Assembly: GCA_003567775.1 (NCBI GenBank) | Contig: PWYR01000083.1 | Location: 833-64,832, forward strand | From: Ignavibacteriales bacterium | Lineage (GTDB): Bacteria > Bacteroidota > Ignavibacteria > T3Sed10-11 | Length of the DNA: 64,000 nt | Direction: 5' to 3' | Shown: piece by piece, positions 1-9,292 of the stretch | Position numbering within the stretch: position 1 is the first letter of the stretch | Layout of the letters: each line of letters starts with the position of its first letter | Notes under the pieces: model-generated | Database searches by the model: none | Told to the model about the DNA's origin: nothing | The model's input: only the letters and a program-made list of their open reading frames with translations | Program-made: the position numbers and the translations under genes

Positions 1-345
1 CGGGTGCGGTATCAGAATATCCGGCTCAAACACTACGGCTTTTTTGTTCGGCAGCACTACATTGAACTTCTTCCCGCGGTGTTTGTGTTCCAAGCCGTTG
101 TCGTCAAGGTATCTGCATATCTGCTTTTCAATACTGCTGTGCGCCTTATGTTCCTTCTCCCATGGATCGAATCCCTTGTACTTTTTTACAAGCTCGCGTA
201 GTTTCTGATTGAAATTTTGGTCTTGCGATTGCTGAGCTGTCGGTTGTGCACTGCCGCTGCTGTTTCCTGTACTTTTTTTCTTTCCCCTCCGTCTCCGGCG
301 CTTCTTTTTCTTATCTTCGGTCGGTTGCTTTTTCTGTTCTGTCAC
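1..345 (-). CDS. hypothetical protein, N-terminal part only (gene runs off the window start); Lys/Arg-rich N-terminus, possible PD-(D/E)XK-like core
   Basis: The minus-strand frame is open from GTG at 345 (AGCGAGG SD-like sequence just upstream) to the window edge. It is missing from the ORF track because no stop lies in the window. Translation: VTEQKKQPTEDKKKKRRRRRGKKK...EKQICRYLDDNGLEHK...AVVFEPDILIPHP. It starts 21 nt after the DUF763 stop. Confidence 0.4.
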   Translation of the reverse strand, partial: MTEQKKQPTEDKKKKRRRRRGKKKSTGNSSGSAQPTAQQSQDQNFNQKLRELVKKYKGFDPWEKEHKAHSSIEKQICRYLDDNGLEHKHRGKKFNVVLPNKKAVVFEPDILIPHP

Positions 346-366
346 AATGCCTCGCTTTCGTATATT

Positions 367-1527
367 TTATGATAAAGTAAAATACTCGGATAATCTTTTA
401 ATAGACTCTATTTTATCGGAATGACCGATTCTGGATTTATCTATTGCACGTTTTAATAACTGAATCGACTCATCGTACACTTTTTTGTCTACCGGGTATG
501 GTGTTCCGTCTTTTCCTCCGACTGCATAGCTAAACCGGGCAGGGTCTTCAAAACTCGGCGAGGCGCCGTAAATAACCTCACTCATCAAAGCAAGCGCCCG
601 GAGCGTTTTTGCTCCCACCCCTTCAAAGCCGACCAGGTTTTCAAAATCGGCGGGCCGGCGTTCATACGTCGACAGCAATACCGAACGCAAGCGGTCGGGG
701 CGAATATCACGAAATGAAACCCAGTGCCGCGACGGCATCCTGAAAGTTTGATATGCATCACCTGCAATGGTCGGTATAGCGGTATCGAAAAGGTCGCCTT
801 GTGTCGATTTGTCGAGACCGCGCGAAATTCTCACAACCTCACGGAGATCGCTGAGTACTTGTTTCGTCGGTTGATTGACAATTTTTACCGAGTGAGACCT
901 CACTTCCTCGCTCTTGACCGCCGTCAGATCAAGCACACCGCCGGTCCTGTCGGCAATTATTCCGGCGTGCGGTTCGACAACATATGATTCTACTTTAGTC
1001 CCTAACCAGTGGTATCGTCGTGCATATCGCAGGGATTCGTTCATTCCCTGTTGCACCACCGCCCACTCGCCGTTACTTGTATAAAGTATTGAATGCGCAT
1101 ATATTTGATAACCGTCCTGTAAAACCGCCGAATCAACTTTTGCGCTCATCTTACTCGCATAGATAAGCGGAGCGGGATCGGCGCCGATCAACTCACATTG
1201 CTGCCGTATCTGATCCGGTGTTTTGCGTGATACACCGCCTTTCCCTCCTGCTATGTAAATATCGAGTTCGCGGTTAATCTTCTTTAACCCATCTTTTAAG
1301 GCGCCGAGCGTTGTAGTCGTAACGCCGCTTGAGTGCCAGTCAAATCCGATCACACAGCCGAACGCCTGGAACCAGTACGGATTCGAGAGACGCCGTAATA
1401 CTTCACCGGAACCGTATTCTTCCACAATCGCACGGACTATCTCACGCGATAAAGCAACCATGCGGTTAAACAACCACGGAGGCGCTTTGCCTCCGTGCAG
1501 CGGTGTTTCGACAATTCCGGTTCTCAT
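367..1527 (-). CDS. DUF763 family protein (unknown function) with C-terminal helix-hairpin-helix-like motif
   Basis: 386-aa ORF. The N-terminus (MRTGIVETPLHGGKAPPWLF...FGCVIGFDWHSSGVTTT) matches my recollection of DUF763 (PF05559). GFEGVGAKTLRALAL looks like an HhH motif. The assignment is recalled, not searched. Confidence 0.7.
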   Translation of the reverse strand: MRTGIVETPLHGGKAPPWLFNRMVALSREIVRAIVEEYGSGEVLRRLSNPYWFQAFGCVIGFDWHSSGVTTTTLGALKDGLKKINRELDIYIAGGKGGVSRKTPDQIRQQCELIGADPAPLIYASKMSAKVDSAVLQDGYQIYAHSILYTSNGEWAVVQQGMNESLRYARRYHWLGTKVESYVVEPHAGIIADRTGGVLDLTAVKSEEVRSHSVKIVNQPTKQVLSDLREVVRISRGLDKSTQGDLFDTAIPTIAGDAYQTFRMPSRHWVSFRDIRPDRLRSVLLSTYERRPADFENLVGFEGVGAKTLRALALMSEVIYGASPSFEDPARFSYAVGGKDGTPYPVDKKVYDESIQLLKRAIDKSRIGHSDKIESIKRLSEYFTLS

Positions 1528-1530
1528 TTC

Positions 1531-3501
1531 TTATTTCATATATCGATCAAACCAATCGACTACCCTGTTCAACAAATCAATTTGATGTTCACGTTCCGAG
1601 ATGCCATGACCGGCGCGTGGATAAAGAACAAACTCGGTATCGACTTCAAAATGCTGTAAAGCCCTGTAAAGTTCCCAACCCTGTCCGGGTGGTACACGAT
1701 CATCCCGTTCACCGAACAAGATCAAAGTCGGTGCGTCGTTGCCATCGATATGTTTTAACGGGGATCGTTCCCAGTGCAGATCCATATAATCCCAGGTGTA
1801 ACCGTCCCAGTGCGCAATCGCCATCTCATCGGGGATATCGGTCATACCTCCAAAACTGATCCAGTTTGAAATACCCGCTCCCATAATCGCTGCTTTGAAA
1901 CGGTCGGCGGCTGTTGCAGCAGCCCACGCGCTTGTATAACCTCCATAACTCCATCCGCCTATGCCAAGCCGATCTTCATCGGCAATTCCGCGCTCGATTA
2001 AATAGTCTGCACCGGCAACGATGTCATTCCATTCCTCGCCCATCATATCGCCCATATTCGCTTCAATAAAATCATATCCACGGCTCGTGCTGCCTCTATA
2101 ATTTGGCAGCAGAACGGCATATCCTCTTCCTGCAAGCATTTGTCCCCAAAGCGACCAGCTTCCATGCCAGCTTTGCAAATACGCCGCTTCGGGACCACCG
2201 TGTATTTGCAACACAGTCGGATACCGGACACCTTCCTGATAGTCAACCGGTTTAATCAGTACACCTTGAATCACAAATCCGTCCGGTCGTGTCCAGCTCA
2301 CTTCACTTACTTCGCCAAAATCTATATCGGTTATATGATCGTTAAACAACGTTAATCGCTCAACCGACCTATCTCGCAGTGAACCGCTCCATAACTCGTT
2401 CGGATGATCGGGAGTGTTTCCGGTTGCAGCGAATTGCCGTCCATCTGCGGCAAGACTTATACCGCTCAATATGCCGCGATGATCAATTATTGGTGTGACT
2501 CGCGTATTTCGGATATCGATGTTATTTAATGTAGTTCTTGTATCTTGTTGCGTGGTGAACCATAATTCATTGTTATTCACCCATCCGAACGAAGTTACCG
2601 TGCCGGGAAAATCTTCGATAATCGATGACCATTCAGGCGCCTCTTTCGTAACAAGAAAAATACCGCCGTCAATCGGTTCGCGACCGTCGCCGCGGGCGTT
2701 TTTAATTGCTATGTGCCTGCCGTCGGGTGAAAACGAAACGGGTCCGGTTTTACCGGGAAGCTCCACAAACAAAGTCGCATCTCCGCCCTGTGCATCGACC
2801 AAATAAAGATCGCCATAATAACTCGCATCGATGGTCGGTGTTCTCGTGCCGATTAATGCGATTTGTCGTCCATCGGGAGACCAACTATAATTCCAAACGC
2901 TTATATCATTCCGCACAACCTCACGCGATTCTTCCGTTGCAAGTTCGATAGCATGTAATCGGATTGTCCGATGCTGCTGATCTACCACTTTCCAATCGCG
3001 ACCGGCTTTGTGTTCCCGCTGTATTTCTTCAGGAACCGGGTCCTGGCTTACAAAAGCAATCTGTTTACCGTCAGGCGACCATCGAAACGATCTAACCCCG
3101 GCAGGAGCGTTCGTAACTCTGTGTGCTTCGCCTCCATCCACCGGTATTCGGTATACCTGAGTCGTGCCGTCGCGGTTCGACAAAAAAGCCAGCCATTTCC
3201 CGCCGGGAGACCATGCCGGTGAAAAATCATTTCGGGCGCTCCATGTAAATCGTTTCGGTTCACCGTCTCGTTTGTCGAGCATCCAAATATCGTTAAATGG
3301 GCTGCCCGGACCGTCTTCGGCAGTCCGGTGTCGTTGTGCAACGAATGCTATTTTATTCCCGTCGGGTGCTATTTGAGCGGAATGTACATTTCGAATCTGT
3401 ACAATATCTTCCGGAGTAAGTATCCGCTCCTGAGCAAAAACCAACAGCGGGATTAATAACAAAATACTTATAATTATAGTTAGTCTATTTACTTGTTTCA
3501 T
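1531..3501 (-). CDS. S9 family serine peptidase (prolyl oligopeptidase / acylaminoacyl-peptidase type), secreted
   Basis: 656 aa with an N-terminal signal peptide and a TolB/WD40-like propeller region with repeated SPDG motifs. The C-terminal alpha/beta hydrolase has the nucleophile elbow GGWSYGG and a GHG catalytic His region. Confidence 0.85.
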   Translation of the reverse strand: MKQVNRLTIIISILLLIPLLVFAQERILTPEDIVQIRNVHSAQIAPDGNKIAFVAQRHRTAEDGPGSPFNDIWMLDKRDGEPKRFTWSARNDFSPAWSPGGKWLAFLSNRDGTTQVYRIPVDGGEAHRVTNAPAGVRSFRWSPDGKQIAFVSQDPVPEEIQREHKAGRDWKVVDQQHRTIRLHAIELATEESREVVRNDISVWNYSWSPDGRQIALIGTRTPTIDASYYGDLYLVDAQGGDATLFVELPGKTGPVSFSPDGRHIAIKNARGDGREPIDGGIFLVTKEAPEWSSIIEDFPGTVTSFGWVNNNELWFTTQQDTRTTLNNIDIRNTRVTPIIDHRGILSGISLAADGRQFAATGNTPDHPNELWSGSLRDRSVERLTLFNDHITDIDFGEVSEVSWTRPDGFVIQGVLIKPVDYQEGVRYPTVLQIHGGPEAAYLQSWHGSWSLWGQMLAGRGYAVLLPNYRGSTSRGYDFIEANMGDMMGEEWNDIVAGADYLIERGIADEDRLGIGGWSYGGYTSAWAAATAADRFKAAIMGAGISNWISFGGMTDIPDEMAIAHWDGYTWDYMDLHWERSPLKHIDGNDAPTLILFGERDDRVPPGQGWELYRALQHFEVDTEFVLYPRAGHGISEREHQIDLLNRVVDWFDRYMK

Positions 3502-3537
3502 CGTTTACCTCCGTTATTATCGAGCATTGGGCTGTTC

Positions 3538-3948
3538 CTACTGTGTATCTTTCAGCTTCTCTTTTAAAAGATTCGAAAAATCTTCCAGATTGTATTGCGC
3601 TTTTGAAAGATATTCGGCGTTAAACTTTTCGACCATAGGTCGGAGCGTTTCATATTTTTCACCGGTGCAAAAGATTATAGTCGTACCGGTATTCGGACCG
3701 CTTTTGCGCGCCATCTGCAGAATAGCACTGCCGGATAGACGTCCTTTAATATCTTCATCTTTAAAATCATCATCAAGAATAATCAGATCGTATTTCGTAT
3801 TCTTGATCAACTCGCGTGTCTGCACGCTGTTTTCCGCCTCGATCGATTCAAATTGCACATCCAGAGAAGCCGCAGCATGTTTAAGCGCAATTATGTGAGA
3901 ATTTCTGACTGCTTCATTGTCGTCAGCTATGAGCACGTAATATTTCAT
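3538..3948 (-). CDS. stand-alone response regulator receiver (CheY-like)
   Basis: 136 aa. It has the acidic pair (IADDNE), the phospho-acceptor region (DLIILDDDF), the conserved T (IIFCTG) and K (YLSKA), and no output domain. Confidence 0.8.
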   Translation of the reverse strand: MKYYVLIADDNEAVRNSHIIALKHAAASLDVQFESIEAENSVQTRELIKNTKYDLIILDDDFKDEDIKGRLSGSAILQMARKSGPNTGTTIIFCTGEKYETLRPMVEKFNAEYLSKAQYNLEDFSNLLKEKLKDTQ

Positions 3949-3990
3949 TGATTTATCCGTTTAAATTATTAAATTAAACTTTAAATAGCG

Positions 3991-5421
3991 TCATCCCTTG
4001 ATAACACCGATCGGAACTAATCGTGCAACTTTTCTTGATAATCCAACTTCGTGTACAACATCGACCACGGATTCAACATCCTTATATGCATCCGGCTGCT
4101 CTTCCGTCAATCCTCGCATTGACGCGACACGCACTTTAACTCCTTTTTGGTTCAATTGTTTCAGCAAATCGCTTGCAGTAATATCACGGCTTGCCTTCTT
4201 TCTGCTCATCGCTCTGCCGGCGCCGTGGCAGGTCGATCCATAGCTTTCGCTCATTGCATTCTCAGCTCCTGCAAGGACGTAGGAGCTGGTTCCCATACTA
4301 CCGGGAATAAGCACCGGTTGCCCGACGGATCTATACTCATCTGTCACATCGGGATGGCCTTTCGGAAACGCACGTGTAGCTCCTTTCCGATGCACAAGAA
4401 CTTCCCGCTCACGGTTTCCCCATTTATATTTTTCAAATTTAGCAATGTTATGTGCAACATCATAAACAAGCCGGAGATTTCCGTTTTTCAAAATACGATT
4501 AAATACGTCACGCGTCCAATGAGTAATCATCTGCCGGTTCGCAAAAGCGAAATTTGCCGACGCTGCCATTGCCTTAAGATAGCCGCTCCCCTCTTCCGAA
4601 CGTACCGGAACACATGCTAATTGCCGATCGGGCAACGAAATATTATATTTTTTCAAACCCTTCTGCATAAGATCGAGATAATCGGTGCAAACCTGATGAC
4701 CGAGTCCTCGTGAACCGGTGTGGATAAGCACAACAATTTGCTCCCTGTGCAGACCGAATGCTCGGGCAGCTTCATCGTCGAAAATAGCATCGACCACCTG
4801 TATTTCAAGGAAATGATTCCCCGAACCAAGTGTGCCGAGTTGTTTTACGCCGCGTTGTTTGGCGCGGTCGCTGACTTCCGATGCATCCGCGCTTTTGATT
4901 TTACCGCTCTCCTCGATACGGTTTAAGTCGATATCTTCACCGTAGCTGTTTTTTACCGCCCAGTGCGCACCGTTCTCAAGTACATCGTTAATCTCTTTTC
5001 CCGAAAGCTTTCGCGGTCCTTCTTTGCCTGTGCCGCAGGGAATGGCTTTGAAAAGTTCATCTAATAACCGGTCGACATGCGGTTTTATATCGGCAACGGC
5101 AAACGGTGTCGCGAGTAATCGAACACCGCAGTTGATGTCGAAACCTACTCCACCGGCAGATACAACACCTTCATCGGGATCGACCGCCGCTACTCCGCCG
5201 ATACAGAACCCGTATCCCTGGTGTGCATCGGGCATTGCGATGGATTCACTCACAAGACCCGGCAGCATTGCAACGTTTGCAATCTGATCGAGTGTCTGAT
5301 CTTTTGTAATTGCTTGTAACAGGATTTCGTTGGCATAGATCTTCCCGTCGACCTTCATCCCTTCTCTAAAATTTTTAGGTAAACGGTATCGATACCGTCC
5401 CGTTGATTCTAACTGTGCCAC
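3991..5421 (-). CDS. rtcB: RNA 3'-phosphate/2',3'-cyclic phosphate ligase RtcB
   Basis: RtcB motifs are present: GGVGFDINCGVR, GSGNHF, HTGSRGLGHQV and HNIA. The track start (GTG 5430) abuts the SD. GTG at 5421 sits 8 nt after AAGGAGG, so it is preferred. Confidence 0.9.
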   Translation of the reverse strand: MAQLESTGRYRYRLPKNFREGMKVDGKIYANEILLQAITKDQTLDQIANVAMLPGLVSESIAMPDAHQGYGFCIGGVAAVDPDEGVVSAGGVGFDINCGVRLLATPFAVADIKPHVDRLLDELFKAIPCGTGKEGPRKLSGKEINDVLENGAHWAVKNSYGEDIDLNRIEESGKIKSADASEVSDRAKQRGVKQLGTLGSGNHFLEIQVVDAIFDDEAARAFGLHREQIVVLIHTGSRGLGHQVCTDYLDLMQKGLKKYNISLPDRQLACVPVRSEEGSGYLKAMAASANFAFANRQMITHWTRDVFNRILKNGNLRLVYDVAHNIAKFEKYKWGNREREVLVHRKGATRAFPKGHPDVTDEYRSVGQPVLIPGSMGTSSYVLAGAENAMSESYGSTCHGAGRAMSRKKASRDITASDLLKQLNQKGVKVRVASMRGLTEEQPDAYKDVESVVDVVHEVGLSRKVARLVPIGVIKG

Positions 5422-5445
5422 GAAAAGCACCTCCTTTTTAAAAAC

Positions 5446-5862
5446 TCAAATATCAACAAAAACCCGGATACTATATCCGGTTTCGGTTTCCTGAAATGCA
5501 AGCTGATGATACGTAATAGCTTTGACATCGGTACGAACATCGTGTCGTTCCGTTCTCTCTTCGCCGTAAAGTGTAGCGCTCAAAGCTTGATTATCATGCA
5601 GTGTTACCGCCGCTTTCGCAGGCAAAAACGAGTCACCGTCAATCACATAAAGCACCTCATTTAGATAACGAACAAGCAACTGTTCCCGGTCATCGGCATC
5701 CACGTGTATAGATCTCTCACCCCGGATCGCAATTTGTTCCGGATCGGTAATGATCGATACAAGGGCAATAGCAGCATTGGCGAACACCTCCGGTTCCGTT
5801 CCGCCGTATGCTTCAAAACCGATATCTGCAGTATGCTCAAGTATCTGAAATGTCTCCATCAT
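5446..5862 (-). CDS. archease (RtcB activator/chaperone)
   Basis: 138 aa. The N-terminal FQILEHTADIGFEAYG is the archease signature. It lies directly upstream of rtcB. Confidence 0.85.
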   Translation of the reverse strand: MMETFQILEHTADIGFEAYGGTEPEVFANAAIALVSIITDPEQIAIRGERSIHVDADDREQLLVRYLNEVLYVIDGDSFLPAKAAVTLHDNQALSATLYGEERTERHDVRTDVKAITYHQLAFQETETGYSIRVFVDI

Positions 5863-6047
5863 ACACTAAGGATGATAATAATTCGAGGATTCACGACTTT
5901 TCAATAATATCAAGGTAAGAATATTAAATTCTATCATAGCTATGTAAGATAAAAAAAATGCGTATAAAACACCAATTTTATTAATTGATTTTAATGAAGT
6001 TTTTCAATATGTTTTTACCTTATTAAAATAATTACTTGAGAATCAAT

Positions 6048-6809
6048 ATGAGCCATACTTACGAAGAATTTGTGGATATTGTCCGCCGTTTACGGCGTGA
6101 GTGTCCATGGGATAAAGAACAAACCCATGGATCTATACGCCAGCACTTAATCGAGGAAGCGTATGAAGTTGTAGATGCAATCGATTCCGGAGATTTGGAG
6201 GAATTGAAAAAAGAGCTTGGCGATTTATTTTTACATGTCGTCTTCCATTCGATTATAGCGGAGGAATCGAATGAATTCACTCTCGAAGAAGTGATAAACC
6301 ATATCAGCGATAAACTAATACGGCGCCATCCACACGTTTTCGGAAATACGATGGTAAACGGTCAAGAAGACGTCAAACGGAACTGGGAACGCATCAAACT
6401 CGAGGAGGGAAGAACTTCGGCAATTGACGGTATTCCAACCGCTTTACCGGCGCTTGTTCGAGCATTACGATTGCAGGAAAGGGCATCAAAAGTTGGGTTC
6501 GACTGGGAAAAGAAAGAGGAGTGTTGGGAAAAGGTTGAAGAAGAGATCAAAGAGTTCAAAACTGCTTCCATAAACAATGACGATTCTGCGGCGGCTGAGG
6601 AAGAACTGGGTGATTTGCTTTTCTCTATCGTGAATTATGCCCGTTTTTTAAAAATTAATCCTGAAGACGCTCTCAGAAAAACAAATGAGAAGTTTATCAG
6701 GCGTTTTCAGATCATCGAAGAAAAACTCAAAGAACAAGGGAAGGATATAGATAACACATCGTTGGAAGAAATGGACAGGATCTGGGAGGATTCAAAAGGT
6801 AAAATATAA
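6048..6809 (+). CDS. mazG: nucleoside triphosphate pyrophosphohydrolase MazG
   Basis: It has LRRECPWDKEQTHGSIRQHLIEEAYEV and a second EExGD repeat (EEELGDLLF). ATG at 6048 is preferred over the TTG at 6036 used in the ORF track. Confidence 0.85.
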   Translation: MSHTYEEFVDIVRRLRRECPWDKEQTHGSIRQHLIEEAYEVVDAIDSGDLEELKKELGDLFLHVVFHSIIAEESNEFTLEEVINHISDKLIRRHPHVFGNTMVNGQEDVKRNWERIKLEEGRTSAIDGIPTALPALVRALRLQERASKVGFDWEKKEECWEKVEEEIKEFKTASINNDDSAAAEEELGDLLFSIVNYARFLKINPEDALRKTNEKFIRRFQIIEEKLKEQGKDIDNTSLEEMDRIWEDSKGKI

Positions 6810-6814
6810 AAAGA

Positions 6815-7810
6815 TCACTTTTCTTTTTTACCGTTTGTCTTGTAGTCCTCATACGCATCAATGATGTCTTTCACAAGCTTATGACGCACGACATCATTCT
6901 TATCGAAATACACAAATTCCACCCCTTCGATCTTTTTCAGCACCGATTGGATTTCAACCAGCCCTGAAATAGCGTTGAACGGCAAATCAATCTGTGTTAT
7001 GTCGCCCGTCACCACCGATTTTGAATTTACCCCGAGACGGGTAAGATACATCTTCATCTGTAAGCTGCTCGCATTCTGAGCTTCATCTAAAATAACAAAT
7101 GCATTGTTCAGTGTTCTTCCGCGCATATACGCAAGCGGTGCGATCTCAATAATTCTTCGTTCAATATATATTTTAAGTTTATCGACAGGAATCATATCGT
7201 CGAGCGCATCGTATAGCGGGCGCAGGTACGGGTCTACTTTTTCCCGCAAATCGCCCGGTAAGAAGCCAAGATTTTCACCTGCTTCAACGGCGGGACGGGT
7301 AAGAATTATTTTTGTAACCTGTCTGTTCTTCAATGCCGCCACAGCAGTGGCTACAGCAAGATATGTTTTCCCGGTGCCGGCAGGTCCGATACCAAAAACG
7401 ATATCGTTTTTATTGATTGCCTTGATATATCTCCGCTGTCCCTCGGTCTTTGCTTTGATCAAGCCGTTTTTAGTAAACAATACAATGTTATCGGCGTCTT
7501 CTTTTTCATTCTGCAATTCCTTCTGTGCAGCGCCGTTTGACGGCTCTGTTGACGATACAACCAGGTCGATAACGGTTTCAACATCGTTGTCGGTTAGATT
7601 TTTATTTTTATTGAGAATAAAAATGAGCTCCTTAACCACGCGTTCGATCTGTGCGACTTCAGTTTCGTCGCCCTGAAGAGTAATTTGATCTCCGCGTACT
7701 ACGATATTGGAATCAAACCGCTGCTCAAGTATCGTAAGATGCTTGTCATTAAATCCCAATAACGATAATTTGTCAACTCCTTCAAGAGAAATCTTTTTTT
7801 CTATCGTAAT
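6815..7810 (-). CDS. phoH: PhoH-like ATPase
   Basis: Walker A GPAGTGKTYLAV, with PhoH family features throughout. The track starts at TTG 7759, but the conserved N-terminal segment (ISLEGVDKLSLLGFNDKHL) extends upstream. AAGGAGG lies 8 nt before an in-frame ATT at 7810, and there is no ATG/GTG/TTG upstream. The start is therefore uncertain. Confidence 0.85.
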   Translation of the reverse strand: MTIEKKISLEGVDKLSLLGFNDKHLTILEQRFDSNIVVRGDQITLQGDETEVAQIERVVKELIFILNKNKNLTDNDVETVIDLVVSSTEPSNGAAQKELQNEKEDADNIVLFTKNGLIKAKTEGQRRYIKAINKNDIVFGIGPAGTGKTYLAVATAVAALKNRQVTKIILTRPAVEAGENLGFLPGDLREKVDPYLRPLYDALDDMIPVDKLKIYIERRIIEIAPLAYMRGRTLNNAFVILDEAQNASSLQMKMYLTRLGVNSKSVVTGDITQIDLPFNAISGLVEIQSVLKKIEGVEFVYFDKNDVVRHKLVKDIIDAYEDYKTNGKKEK

Positions 7811-7842
7811 GCTCTTATCCTCCTTTGCGTATAATGATTGAG

Positions 7843-7900
7843 AAAAACAAACAAAGCCCCTACCACAGCTTCATTGCACTGAAGATGTCATAAGGGCTTC
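7843..7900 (-). terminator. putative rho-independent terminator after the LysM gene
   Basis: On the minus strand, GAAGCCCTTA...TAGGGGCTT forms an interrupted stem with an inner CTTCA/TGAAG stem. It is followed by TGTTTGTTTTTCT. Confidence 0.5.
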
Positions 7901-7957
7901 GATGTAAAAATATATAACGATCAATTATTTGAAATATAAACGCTATTATTTCTAAAT

Positions 7958-8719
7958 TTACCGTAATCCTTCTCTTATCTCACGATAATACCTGTTCGCT
8001 GCCTGCTGCTCATCTGACGTCATTCTGCCGTCACCTTTCGGCGGAACTTGTAGACGTTGTCCCGGATGAATTATATCGGGATCGCGAATCTTATCGCGGT
8101 TCGCCTGCCAGATACGAGGCCAGAGCCATGCGTTATCATAAATATCACGTTTTCTGGCTATATTCCAGAGACAGTCGCGATCTCGAGACCAAGTTCCAAC
8201 AGTGTAAATCTGTACCATTTTCTCCAGGCGATCAAGTAAATTCTTTACTCGTTGATCAAGAGCCGCGAGACGGTCGTATACATCAGGATGTGCAGTATGT
8301 CTGCTTTTCTTGAGTTCAGCGACGGCTTCATTTACCTCATCCACTTCTCCTCGCCGGGCCAGTAAATCCTGATCCGATAATCTTTCGAGAGCACTTACCT
8401 GGTTATCGAGCTGTTGAATTCTTTCAACAAGACTACGAATTTGTGCTTCTGTGGCGCCAACCAATGCAAGGACTTCTTCTCTACATGCCTGATACTCACT
8501 CTGTTTACTTGCAACTTGTTCATTGAGCGCATTGACTTCACCTTCAAGTGAATTTAAACGTTGACGGAGTTCGTCTCTTTTCTGTGTAAACTCTGACATT
8601 TGTTGCTGCCACTCATCACGTGACATTCTATCCTGTGCTTCGACATCAGATACTGCAAAAGTGGTAACGAGTAATGCAGCAACAAGCAGATAGAGTAGTG
8701 ATCTATATTTCATGTTCAA
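7958..8719 (-). CDS. secreted coiled-coil protein with C-terminal LysM peptidoglycan-binding domain
   Basis: Signal peptide, a long heptad-rich region, and a C-terminal YTVGTWSRDRDCLWNIA...IIHPGQRLQVP segment of the YgaU-type LysM pattern. Confidence 0.75.
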   Translation of the reverse strand: MNMKYRSLLYLLVAALLVTTFAVSDVEAQDRMSRDEWQQQMSEFTQKRDELRQRLNSLEGEVNALNEQVASKQSEYQACREEVLALVGATEAQIRSLVERIQQLDNQVSALERLSDQDLLARRGEVDEVNEAVAELKKSRHTAHPDVYDRLAALDQRVKNLLDRLEKMVQIYTVGTWSRDRDCLWNIARKRDIYDNAWLWPRIWQANRDKIRDPDIIHPGQRLQVPPKGDGRMTSDEQQAANRYYREIREGLR

Positions 8720-8785
8720 CTCCTTACTATTCTATTTAATTAATTCATAAACTGTTTCTAATTGGATAAGAAATGATCTGGTGTA

Positions 8786-9055
8786 TTAGTCCCATTGCTG
8801 CAGGCGCTGTCGGACTTTTTCCTTATCTTCCGCACACTTTCTCAAATCTTGATCCAATTGAGATACTTGCTGCTGCAGTCCTGATTTTTCTTCTTCCTTG
8901 GAAGATATCTCTCTTTCCAGAGCGGCTACTTCTGCTTTAAGATCTTCGAGTTGCGCCAATTCTTCGGCGCTTGGCCGACGGGCACACCCCATAATGAGAG
9001 CAGAAATAGTAATGATAACAAGTAGATGTGTCATCATCTTTTTTAAAAGCGTCAT
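8786..9055 (-). CDS. small coiled-coil lipoprotein
   Basis: 89 aa. The signal peptide ends in the lipobox LIMGC. The rest is a charged coiled coil (AELEDLKAEVAALEREISSKEEE...). Confidence 0.6.
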   Translation of the reverse strand: MTLLKKMMTHLLVIITISALIMGCARRPSAEELAQLEDLKAEVAALEREISSKEEEKSGLQQQVSQLDQDLRKCAEDKEKVRQRLQQWD

Positions 9056-9292
9056 AAGTCCCTCCTATTTTGGATGACGGGTAAAGAAATACATTTGAAA
9101 GCACCGTTATTTTACGGGCTTTAAACTGAATGCATAATATAAAATAATTTGTTCTTTGTCAAGATACTTTTATGAATATTTAATATTTATTTCGATGATA
9201 TTTCCTGTAAAACCAATAAGATAGGAGAAAAGTACCCAATAAGTACCCGGGATTTTAATTTAATCCCGATTTAAATATATGATTAAAAGCTC

